This document shows, piece after piece, positions 19,486 through 28,148 of a stretch of DNA of 64,000 nt. The notes beneath the pieces were generated by a model. The model searched no databases. It worked only from the letters and a program-made list of their open reading frames with translations, and was not told where the DNA came from. Origin of the DNA: an uncultured Vicinamibacterales bacterium (GTDB taxonomy: Bacteria > Acidobacteriota > Vicinamibacteria > Vicinamibacterales > UBA8438); NCBI GenBank assembly GCA_958295905.1, contig OY282382.1, positions 6,055,021-6,119,020 on the forward strand, given 5' to 3'. A program made the position numbers and the translations under genes. The first letter of the stretch is position 1. Each line of letters begins with the position of its first letter.

Positions 19486-22413
19486 TTAGACCCTGTATCG
19501 AAGCTCGGTAAGGCCCGCAAGCGGCGAGATATCTGATACATCCGTTCCCCTCAAGTCGAGCGTTCGAAGCCCGGTAAGGCCCGCAAGCGGCGAGATATCT
19601 GATACACCCGTTCCCTCCAAGTCGAGTGATCGAAGCCCGGTAAGGCCCGCAAGCGGCGAGATATCTGATACATCCGTTCTCTTCAAGTAGAGCCATCGAA
19701 GCCCGGTAAGGCCCGCAAGCGGCGAGATATCTGATACATCCGTTCTCTTCAAGTAGAGCCATCGAAGCCCGGTAAGGCCCGCAAGCGGCGAGATATCTGA
19801 TACACCCGCCCCCCCCAACTCGATCAATTGAAGCCCGGTAAGGCCCGCAAGCGGCGAGATATCCGAAACACCCGTTCCCCCCAAGTAGAGCGATCGAAGC
19901 CCGGTAAGGCCCGCAAGCGGCGAGATATCTGATACACCCGTTCCCCCCAAGTCGAGCGATCGAAGCCCGGTAAGGCCCGCAAGCGGCGAGATATCTGATA
20001 CACCCATTCCCCCCAATTCGAGTGATTCAAGCCCGGTAAGGCCCGCAAGCGGCGAGATATCTGAAACACCCGTTCCCCCCAAGTAGAGCGATCGAAGCCC
20101 GGTAAGGCCCGCAAGCGGCGAGATATCTGAAACACCCGTTCCCCCCAAGTAGAGCGATCGAAGCCCGGTAAGGCCCGCAAGCGGCGAGATATCTGATACA
20201 CCCGTTCCCCCCAATTCGAGTGATTCAAGCCCGGTAAGGCCCGCAAGCGGCGAGATATCTGATACACCCGTTCCCCCCAATTCGAGTGATCGAAGCCCGG
20301 TAAGGCCCGCAAGCGGCGAGATATCTGATACACCCGTTCCCCCCAATTCGAGTGATCGAAGCCCGGTAAGGCCCGCAAGCGGCGAGATATCTGATACACC
20401 CGTTTCCATCAAGTCAAGTGATTCAAGCCCGGTAAGGCCCGCAAGCGGCGAGATATCTGAAACACCCGTTCCCCTCAGGTCGAGTGATTCAAGTTTGGTA
20501 AGGTTGGTAATCGGCGAAAGAGAAAGATCCGAAATCCGCGTGCCGCTCAAGTCAAGCGGCCGTAATCCCGTTTGCTTCATCTGCGCCGCGATCTTTTCGA
20601 ATACCTTCGTGTTCAGATCAACATCGTCACCGAGCAGGGTACCGAGAATATTCGAAGAGAACCTGTGGACCGATATCCGAAGCTGTGTGTTTACGCAACA
20701 CGCCAACGCGCTGTCTATTTCCTCGGATGACAATCCCGAACGGGAATTCACCACCAACCGGGCCAGCAGATGACCCAGTGCCACGGACACTTCATCGGAT
20801 TTTGAACCTTCCAACCGGGAGAAGTTCTCCCCGAATACGCAGTCGAGCAGGTCGGCGTGCCAGTCGTCCTCCTCTTCGGATGCCAATAGCTCAAAGAGGA
20901 AAGCGAACGTTTCGCGCCAGACGCTCTGGCCAGCCCAGTCTGCCAACGTTTCGCGGTCGAAACCCAGCCTCGACTCATTTCCCTTTGCCCACCGGAGTCT
21001 TGTTACCTCCCGTTTGAGTGCAAACGCCGCAAAGTACTCTTGAAAGGAGAGATGGACGAACGCATACCGTCCCGCCCCGCGCGGAAGAAAAAGCCCGCTA
21101 CGACGCCCGACAATCTTGAGAAATTCCTCGACCGACGGCGTATCCGGAAACGTGTCGCTACGCCCCATTTCCTCGCTCAGCCAGCCCTTGACCGTGTCCG
21201 CATCCATGAGAATGGCGGTTTCATCCGATCCTCCTTCAGATATCCGACGGCGCTGCATCTCGAATGCGACACGGGCCAGCCAGCCCTTCTTGCGCGGGAG
21301 ATCGTGGGGGCTCGATGAGAGCCCGCGAAACTTGTCGATGGACTCCAGGTACGCCTCCGCGATGCGCTCGTAGAGCAACGCCCGACCGTGTGGCAGGGTA
21401 GCCTCGATCCTGTGGATCAAGGCCATCATGGTCAGCAGGTTAGGGACACGGGCCAAGCGCAGAATCGACCCATCTGCATGTACCGCCTGCACCAAGTGTT
21501 TGGCGTTGTCGTCGGCGCGGGTGGTCGCCGCTTCGCGCTGGACGTACCAGTTACGGGCGAATGCTGCAATCCGCCGGTCGTCGAATGGCGCGATGTAGCG
21601 GATAGCGACCCGGCCGCTCCCTGATTCCCGTCCTATGCGATGGAGCTTGCGTGAACCCTTTCGCGATAACGCCTCGAGCAGCTCGCCGGCTGACTCGTCT
21701 GGAAACAGCCCCTCATCCGATCGATCACGCTCCCTGTCGAACGGCACCTCTTCATATCCAACGATCCGGGAGGTCAGAAGCCAGCGGCAGGCAGGATATC
21801 GGGAGACCCCGTCAAACACGGCGCTCCGGAGGTTCTCACGTGCCTCCCGACCGCCGAGCTCGTCGATGCCGTCGAGCAGCAGGAACGCCCGCCCTTCCTC
21901 GAGAGTCTGCATCAGGTAACGACGATCTTCTTCAAGAAGCGGCGCACTCATCTCGCGGCTCAGAAAAGCCTCGAGTAGTCCGTCAAAGTCCTTGACACCC
22001 TGAACCGGCAGCTCCCTCAACACCATGGGCAGGGGCAAACGCCAGCCCATCCGCTCGATCAAGGCATTGGTCGCCGGGCGCGAGAGCAGCCAGGCAACGT
22101 AGTTCAGGAAGGTGGATTTCCCTATCCCCGGATCGCCAAGAAGCACGAGCGGCGAACCCTTCACCAGCGCGTCGACCAGCGTCTCCGCCTCATCGGCCCA
22201 GTTCTCCGGGCTCTCGTCGGGCGAGACATACCGCCGTGTCAGGAGCGGCGTGACGAACAGGCGATCGATGATGATGTCCGGGTTGTCCCTACGGTCCGGC
22301 AAACCAAGAAACCGGATATAGCCCTGCCAGTCCCGGACATTCTTCAGATAGGGACGGATGACCGGATTCTTGAAGTAATCCGGTATCATGTAGTTCGGAT
22401 TTCCGATCTTCAT
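19486..22413 (-). CDS. NACHT NTPase with C-terminal leucine-rich repeats (NLR-like)
   Basis: GDPGIGKS, LLLDGIDE, LLTSR, FVHLSFQEYFAA; 22-aa LRRs. Confidence 0.93.
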   Translation of the reverse strand: MKIGNPNYMIPDYFKNPVIRPYLKNVRDWQGYIRFLGLPDRRDNPDIIIDRLFVTPLLTRRYVSPDESPENWADEAETLVDALVKGSPLVLLGDPGIGKSTFLNYVAWLLSRPATNALIERMGWRLPLPMVLRELPVQGVKDFDGLLEAFLSREMSAPLLEEDRRYLMQTLEEGRAFLLLDGIDELGGREARENLRSAVFDGVSRYPACRWLLTSRIVGYEEVPFDRERDRSDEGLFPDESAGELLEALSRKGSRKLHRIGRESGSGRVAIRYIAPFDDRRIAAFARNWYVQREAATTRADDNAKHLVQAVHADGSILRLARVPNLLTMMALIHRIEATLPHGRALLYERIAEAYLESIDKFRGLSSSPHDLPRKKGWLARVAFEMQRRRISEGGSDETAILMDADTVKGWLSEEMGRSDTFPDTPSVEEFLKIVGRRSGLFLPRGAGRYAFVHLSFQEYFAAFALKREVTRLRWAKGNESRLGFDRETLADWAGQSVWRETFAFLFELLASEEEDDWHADLLDCVFGENFSRLEGSKSDEVSVALGHLLARLVVNSRSGLSSEEIDSALACCVNTQLRISVHRFSSNILGTLLGDDVDLNTKVFEKIAAQMKQTGLRPLDLSGTRISDLSLSPITNLTKLESLDLRGTGVSDISPLAGLTGLESLDLMETGVSDISPLAGLTGLRSLELGGTGVSDISPLAGLTGLRSLELGGTGVSDISPLAGLTGLESLELGGTGVSDISPLAGLTGLRSLYLGGTGVSDISPLAGLTGLRSLYLGGTGVSDISPLAGLTGLESLELGGMGVSDISPLAGLTGLRSLDLGGTGVSDISPLAGLTGLRSLYLGGTGVSDISPLAGLTGLQLIELGGAGVSDISPLAGLTGLRWLYLKRTDVSDISPLAGLTGLRWLYLKRTDVSDISPLAGLTGLRSLDLEGTGVSDISPLAGLTGLRTLDLRGTDVSDISPLAGLTELRYRV
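19501..20490 (-). repeat. 15 x 66-bp in-frame LRR repeat array
   Basis: 33-nt block aagcccggtaaggcccgcaagcggcgagatatc every 66 bp from 19501 to 20425 (one substitution in the 19501 copy). Confidence 0.97.
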
Positions 22414-23849
22414 GTCGGAACTCCATGAAGATAGCGATCGAAGCGCTGAGGAGCTATCTCAGTCCCCAGATGCAGGATCAGCGGCTGGATCCAGAAGACG
22501 CTGGATTCGGTAGGATCCGGATAGGTGGTTCCAAACTGGCCGGACGGCTGCGATTCAGTCGAACCTACATCGGCCATCAATGGTAGTTTCAGTGAATTAC
22601 TGAATGGGAGATCCTTGCCGGTTCGACACCAGTCACGAATCTCATTGTACAGATCCAAGTCTGCTTCCCATCTGATGTGAAGGTCATGATGGAACTGATA
22701 AATGTAAGCGGTGATCAGAAGAAGTCTTGCTTCGAGGATCATCTCTTCTTCGTTAAGCCGATCCTCGCGACTCGGCAATCGGGGGGACAGCCTCCCGATC
22801 AGATTTGCAAGGCCCTTGAGCCGCCTCGGGTTTGGCGGCATGCATTGATATGTTGATGGAGCCATATCCTCTTTAGCTACTGACACCTTCAATCCTTGGC
22901 TGATGAAGCTGCGAATTGCTTCGTCTTCTATTGTTTGTTTCAAGAGTTCGCACAGCACTTGCTCGGGCTTACGGACAGCAGGAAGGCGCCACACGTTTTG
23001 GCACAGCTTCTCCATGTACGCGGCGGCGAGCATCGTCCGGTCGTAGTTACCCTCGTTCTCCGGCGGTGGGCGATCTCCTATACCCTCCCCTATCCGCTGG
23101 GCGATGGCCTCCTCGATGGCCCTCTGATTCATCCCGAGGACGAAGACACAATTGTCAAGGGTAAGGTAGATTTTCAGACCTTCGAGCAAGCGGTAGGCGG
23201 CTTCGGACTCGCAACGATCGACGTCGTCGATGAAGACGACGAGTCTAGTCGTATTCTCGTCGCCATCGCCCTTCGACAGGAGCTGGCGTATGGCTTCGCA
23301 CAAGTGTTCGCGCAACGTATGCGACGGCAGCTTGGCGGCAAGATTTTCGCTCTCCCACTCCCGACTCGCCTGACGAAACTTGGAGTACTGAAATCCAATC
23401 TGCTTCGTCAATTCCTCCAGCGAGAGCAACGCACCCCGGGTAAGCACCTCTGCAGCACGGGAAGCCGTACCGGCCGCACGGCCCCTCCAAGAGAGCTGCG
23501 CACGCATCTCGTGCAGCAACGCGACAACGGGCACCGCTTCGTTATGATATCTCCAAGCGTCGAACCAAACCGCTTGGACCTTGCGCTCATACACGCCACA
23601 TCTCCGCGTCGATGTGTCCCCTCGCGCATCGTCCTTCTTCATCTTCTCAGTGACCGACTCAGGCTGCTGCGGGCAGTCGCCGGTGAGATACCACTGAACC
23701 TGATGCAGGAAGCTCGTCTTTCCGAGGCCCCAGTCACCGTGGACGCCGAATACCTGCGGCGGCGTGCAGTGGGCGATGGCCTTGCCGACCTCTTCAATCA
23801 GTGCCCTCCGCTCCAGGGCATCCATCAGGGACGGTTCGTCGTTGTGCAT
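22410..23849 (-). CDS. KAP-family P-loop NTPase
   Basis: GDWGLGKTS, WFDAWRY, VVFIDDVDRC, YMEK, NPRRLK; GAGGAG RBS; ATGA overlap with NACHT gene. Confidence 0.9.
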   Translation of the reverse strand: MHNDEPSLMDALERRALIEEVGKAIAHCTPPQVFGVHGDWGLGKTSFLHQVQWYLTGDCPQQPESVTEKMKKDDARGDTSTRRCGVYERKVQAVWFDAWRYHNEAVPVVALLHEMRAQLSWRGRAAGTASRAAEVLTRGALLSLEELTKQIGFQYSKFRQASREWESENLAAKLPSHTLREHLCEAIRQLLSKGDGDENTTRLVVFIDDVDRCESEAAYRLLEGLKIYLTLDNCVFVLGMNQRAIEEAIAQRIGEGIGDRPPPENEGNYDRTMLAAAYMEKLCQNVWRLPAVRKPEQVLCELLKQTIEDEAIRSFISQGLKVSVAKEDMAPSTYQCMPPNPRRLKGLANLIGRLSPRLPSREDRLNEEEMILEARLLLITAYIYQFHHDLHIRWEADLDLYNEIRDWCRTGKDLPFSNSLKLPLMADVGSTESQPSGQFGTTYPDPTESSVFWIQPLILHLGTEIAPQRFDRYLHGVPT

Positions 23850-24099
23850 GAAGGCTCCTCTCTCTGTACGCGGACGATAGTCCCTATCAGCGTCCTCCCG
23901 ATCATCGTGCGCCCCGGTTCTCGACCCTTGCCCGACCCTGGGATGCCGCCCGACGACAGCCCGATTGCGCCCATCGCCAGCGCGCGACGCCCGGATTCGC
24001 GGCACGCTATCCCACACGAGACGCGATCGTCAACGCCGAACGGCGCGCCCAGCTCCAGCGGACACGGTTCGCCTGACCACCGGCGTTGTCCTTTCCGTA

Positions 24100-24379
24100 G
24101 CCTGCCGCGTTTCGGGCGCGCCACTTCTTCCGAAACCAGAGGTCGAGGACATCGTGCAGGTAAACGTTGGCGAGGATGGGTGAAACCACCACGCCTTGCG
24201 GGGTTTGGCGCACGCCCGCATGGTCGCTGAACCGCCCTGGGCGGCCCTTTGTCGTCGAAGTGCGTCAGCCAATGTCGTTGCCTCCATCGTCCGCTCCGAC
24301 TGCTACGGCTGACCGGCTGGAGCGACAGTTGCCGGGCGGAATTTGCACCCGCTGAAGAATGGCGCCTTTCACGGCGCAC
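24100..24379 (-). mobile_element. Group II intron remnant (5' end plus RT fragment)
   Basis: GTGCGCCGTGAAAGGCGCC...GGCAACTGTCGCTCCAGCCGG 5' end at 24379; TPQGVVVSPILANVYLHDVLDLWF; no YADD. Confidence 0.8.
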
Positions 24380-24391
24380 CACCACGGACCC

Positions 24392-24934
24392 CTATCGTCC
24401 GGGCGCCCCGCGGGCGGCGGTTGCGCGGTCGGCGATCGAGACGACGGTCGAGACCAGCAGCGCATACGCGGTCATGCGGGCGCCTGACAACAACGTCGCC
24501 GTCACGACCGGCGCGACCTCCAACCGCGCCGCCGCGAGCACGACCAGCGGAACGAAGTAGCCGATGCCGTTCCATCGCCCGATGGTGCTCATGCGCAGGC
24601 GCTTCCGGCGGTGCACAAAGTAGGAATCGAAGACGTACTGGCCGAAGGCGACCGCAATCAGGATCGGTAGCACGAGCGGGACCCGGCCGGCCAGCGCCGC
24701 GCCGGTGAGCCCGGCGGTGACGAAGAGGCAGTCCGTTCCGTGGTCGAAGAGTTGACCGGCGGGCGACGCCGTGCCCCGCCGCCGGGCGACGATCCCGTCG
24801 GCGTAGTCGGTGGCGAGGGCCACGGTGAGCAGCAGGGCGAGCATACCGGCGCTCAGGAACTCCGGCCGGGCGAAGGCGACGGCCAGCGGCACGGCCAGCC
24901 CCAGCCGGACGCCGGTCAGCAGGTGGGCCATCAC
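24392..24934 (-). CDS. CDP-alcohol phosphatidyltransferase family protein
   Basis: DYADGIVAR..GQLFDHGTD signature; TM helices. Confidence 0.88.
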   Translation of the reverse strand: MMAHLLTGVRLGLAVPLAVAFARPEFLSAGMLALLLTVALATDYADGIVARRRGTASPAGQLFDHGTDCLFVTAGLTGAALAGRVPLVLPILIAVAFGQYVFDSYFVHRRKRLRMSTIGRWNGIGYFVPLVVLAAARLEVAPVVTATLLSGARMTAYALLVSTVVSIADRATAARGAPGR

Positions 24935-24971
24935 GGCTCCCGGGGGAAATCGACGGCGTTACCGCCGCGGT

Positions 24972-25242
24972 TCAGAAGAGTCGGAACGCCACGTCGTGGC
25001 CCTTCGCCCGCGCCAGCTTGGCGTCGCAGGTCACGATCGAGCCTTCGAGGAGTTCAGCCGGCGCCACGTACGCCGCGTCCTACGCACTCAGAACGTTCCG
25101 CAATCGCCCTATCGCAGGACGCAGCAACTCGTGGCCGTAGCGCGTGATCGCCGGCCTCCCAAGGTCTTCAACACCTGCTCGGCCCGAGCGGCCGTCAATC
25201 GGTCGGTCCGGTTGAACCGGCGAATCACGTGGAGCACTTCGT
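24972..25242 (-). pseudogene. VapC/PIN toxin, C-terminal pseudogene
   Basis: EVLHVIRR..LSA*DAAYVA..IVTCDAKLA with a stop and a frameshift. Confidence 0.7.
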
Positions 25243-25387
25243 GCGCTACTGCTCACGCAGCCCCCGCCGGTGTTGCCGAACGCGTGAAAGCGATCGATTC
25301 GAGCAGACGGCCGGGCAAGGCCCCGTCCGCGTCATCCGCCGGCGACAACCCCCTGTCAGAAAGGACAGGACAAGCGCAGCCATGTCT

Positions 25388-26362
25388 TCAGCCGAACAGC
25401 TCGCGCTGCGCCCGCGGCCAGAAGGCGGCCCCGATGAGGGCGTTGAACAGGATGAAAAAGTTGTGCTGCACGAACCCGAACGCGGCCATCTGCCCCTCGT
25501 TCTCGGGGAACAGCACGACCCAGAAGGTGATGGCGGCGGCCCGCATCGGGGTCGGGACGGCGGCCGCGAAGAAGACGACCGGCAAGTAGCCGAGCAGGGC
25601 CAGGAAGGAGGCGTCCACCCCGAACAGGTTCAGCGCCGTCGCGTACACGAACACCGCGGCCAGCAGGGCCGGCGAGCGCAAGACCAGGAACAGCGCATAG
25701 TGCCGGAGAGCGGCGGTCTTGAACGCATGAAAGATCCGCCGGTCGCGCAACTGGCTGCCCGGCAGGATGACGCCGCGGAAGTACAGCACCCACACCGCGA
25801 ACACGGGCGCCGCGGCGAGGGCGAGCCACGGGACCAGTCCGAACGCCGGCGGCAGCTCCGGTCCTGCGAGGTAGCCGACGGTCGCCCAGAACAGCAGGTA
25901 GAACACCTCGCAGAACATCACGAACAGCATCACCGAGCCCACTTCCCACCCCGGCACCCGGTCGCGCCGGTTCAGGTAGTAGGCCATCGCGCCCTTGCCG
26001 ATCTGCTCGTTGAAGACCGAGATGATGTAGGCGCTGGCGCGGATGGGCAGGATGTCCCGGTAGCGGATGGGGGTGACGAACCAGTTGAGGGCGCGCGTCA
26101 CGACGAGGGTGTCGATGCAGAAGTAGAACCCCGAGTAGGCGACCATCAGCGCGATCCAGGCCCCCCATTGCACGTTCTCGAAGACCTGCGCCATGTAGAC
26201 GGCGAGCGACAGGCCCTCGCGCGCGGCGGCACCGTCCAAGCGGGTGTAGAGGTAGGCGAAGCAGGCGACGCCGAGAAGCAGAAACGCGGCGCGGCCGGCC
26301 CGGCGGCGGGTCGGGGGCGCCCCAGGCGCGGGCGGGTCGGCGGCGGAGGGCGCGGCACTCAT
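25388..26362 (-). CDS. Multi-pass membrane protein (lysylphosphatidylglycerol synthase TM/flippase-like)
   Basis: Many TM helices; near lipid-modifying genes; family is inferred. Confidence 0.65.
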   Translation of the reverse strand: MSAAPSAADPPAPGAPPTRRRAGRAAFLLLGVACFAYLYTRLDGAAAREGLSLAVYMAQVFENVQWGAWIALMVAYSGFYFCIDTLVVTRALNWFVTPIRYRDILPIRASAYIISVFNEQIGKGAMAYYLNRRDRVPGWEVGSVMLFVMFCEVFYLLFWATVGYLAGPELPPAFGLVPWLALAAAPVFAVWVLYFRGVILPGSQLRDRRIFHAFKTAALRHYALFLVLRSPALLAAVFVYATALNLFGVDASFLALLGYLPVVFFAAAVPTPMRAAAITFWVVLFPENEGQMAAFGFVQHNFFILFNALIGAAFWPRAQRELFG

Positions 26363-26670
26363 CGCGGGTCTGTCTGACATGGCTTGGCCAGGGTATCCGA
26401 CAACGGGGTGAGGCGGACGCCGAGGTTGCCGTCGGCGTTCGACGCCGAGAAGCAGAAACGCGGCGCGGCCGGCCCGGCGGCGGGTCGGGGGCGGAGGGCG
26501 CGGTCTCGGGCGCGGCACTCATCGCGGGTGTGTCTGACATGGCTTGGCCAGGGTATCGAACAACCGGGTGACGCGGATGTCCGGCTCGCCGGGCGCGGCA
26601 CTCATCGCGGGGCGGCCTGACATAGCTTGGCCAGGGTATCCGACAACGGGGTGAGGCGGACGCCGAGGTC
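26269..26670 (-). repeat. Mosaic triplication of the epimerase-stop/membrane-gene-start junction
   Basis: ATGAGTGCCGCGCCC junction at 26605, 26522, 26362; membrane-gene segment 26271-26320 copied at 26444-26494. Confidence 0.9.
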
Positions 26671-27498
26671 GCCGTCGGCGTTCCGGTCGACCGCCTCGTC
26701 GGAGGTGATGACGTCGACGACGGCCGGGGTCAGGCCGCCGGTGCGAACCAGGCCCGCGAGGCCCGCGCCGAACCGGGCCAGCCAGACCGGGGTCGATCGG
26801 AACACGAGCTCGCGGCCCAGGCAACGCGCGGCCCGCTCGATCAACTCGCGGTGGGTGAGAGTCGTCGGTCCGACCAGCTCGCAGGTCCGCACGCCGGCCG
26901 GGGGCTGCTCGCAACACCCGAGGATGGCGCGGCACAGGTCGTCGACGTCGAGGGGGCGCAGCCGGTGCGCACCGCCCCCGAGGATGCGGGCCGACGGCCC
27001 GGACGCGGCGGCGCGGAGCGCCCGCCCACCGGCGGTGCCGGGACCCAGCAGCAGCGGGGTGCGGATGATGGTGGCGTCGAGCCCGGAGTCGGCCACGATG
27101 CGCTCCGCCTCGCCCTTCGACCGGAAGTAGCCGTTCGACGACCGCGGGTCGGCGCCCAGCGAGCTGACGAAGACGACGTGGCCGACCGCCGCCGCCTGCG
27201 CCGCCTCGACCACCGCGCGGGTCACCTCGACGTTGCCCGACCGGTAATCGGATGTCCGGTTCTCGAAGAGGATGCCCGCGAGGTGCGCCACCGCGCCGGC
27301 CCCCGCGAACGCGTCGGCCAGGCTGTCGGACCGGCCGTAGTCGACGACGCGGGGCATGATGCGCGGCGACCGCGGCAACCCGTCGAGCGCGTCCGGGCGC
27401 CGCACCGCGGCCACGGCATCAAGCGCGGCCCCGCGCGCGACCTGCGCCAGCAACGCCGTGCCGACGGCGCTGTTGGCGCCGATCACCGCAATCCGCAC
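26602..27498 (-). CDS. NAD-dependent epimerase/dehydratase (NDUFA9-like SDR)
   Basis: VIGANSAVG, HLAGIL, VSSLGA, YFRSKGEAE. Confidence 0.85.
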   Translation of the reverse strand: MRIAVIGANSAVGTALLAQVARGAALDAVAAVRRPDALDGLPRSPRIMPRVVDYGRSDSLADAFAGAGAVAHLAGILFENRTSDYRSGNVEVTRAVVEAAQAAAVGHVVFVSSLGADPRSSNGYFRSKGEAERIVADSGLDATIIRTPLLLGPGTAGGRALRAAASGPSARILGGGAHRLRPLDVDDLCRAILGCCEQPPAGVRTCELVGPTTLTHRELIERAARCLGRELVFRSTPVWLARFGAGLAGLVRTGGLTPAVVDVITSDEAVDRNADGDLGVRLTPLSDTLAKLCQAAPR

Positions 27499-27636
27499 GC
27501 TACCCACGGGCTCCCGGCCCGGCAACCGCGGCGATGGCGGCGGCCGTGACCCCGGCGATGCTCCTGCGCATCATCGTACGCTCTTCCTCCACCCTGCCGA
27601 TCCACGGCGCCGACGCAACCGGACCATAGCACGCGG

Positions 27637-27882
27637 CAGGGGCATCCCACGCTGACGGGGCGTGACGGGCTCGCCGCGGCGGCCACGGAGCCGCCGCCGA
27701 CGGCGGCATCCGGGGCATCCCACGCTGACGGGGCGTGACGGGCTCGCCCCCGATTCGAGGGGCGCCACCGTCTCGCCGACCGGCCGGCGCCGCGTGAGAC
27801 CCACGATGCCGCACGTCCGGAGCCCCAGTACCCGCCGCGATTCTGCCTGCGCACAGCGGTGGCGGAGCGTGGGATGGTCCTG
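27637..27882 (+). mobile_element. MITE family 1 copy A (left end duplicated)
   Basis: TIR CAGGGGCATCCCACGCT / AGCGTGGGATGGTCCTG; perfect 9-bp TSD agcacgcgg. Confidence 0.9.
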
Positions 27883-27946
27883 AGCACGCGGTCGGTCCGC
27901 TCCCGCGTTCCGACTTCAGCCGTCGTCTACCGCCGGCGCCGCGTAC

Positions 27947-28148
27947 TCCGCGATCCCCGCGATGGCGTCCAGCTTCCCCCGCATCTCGGGATCAATCCCG
28001 CTGTCGGGCACACAGTCCGCCAGCTTATGGAAGTTCCTCTTGGCCATCCGCGATCCGCGCGATGGCGTCCAGCTTCCCCCGTATCTCGGGATCAATCCCG
28101 CTGTCGGGCACGCAGTCCGCCAGCTCGTGGAAGTTCTTCTTGGCCATC
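27947..28148 (-). repeat. 100-bp tandem duplication of the ATPase gene 3' region
   Basis: 27947-28046 is near-identical to 28047-28148. Confidence 0.92.

Noticed and set aside
19501-20490. CRISPR array (constant ~33 bp plus variable ~33 bp)
   Set aside because: The spacer-like parts are homologous to each other, the period is an exact in-frame 66 bp encoding LRRs, and no cas genes are present.
19486-24379. Diversity-generating retroelement acting on the LRRs
   Set aside because: The nearby RT piece is a truncated group II intron without YADD; no template repeat or accessory gene is visible, and variation is not clearly adenine-restricted.
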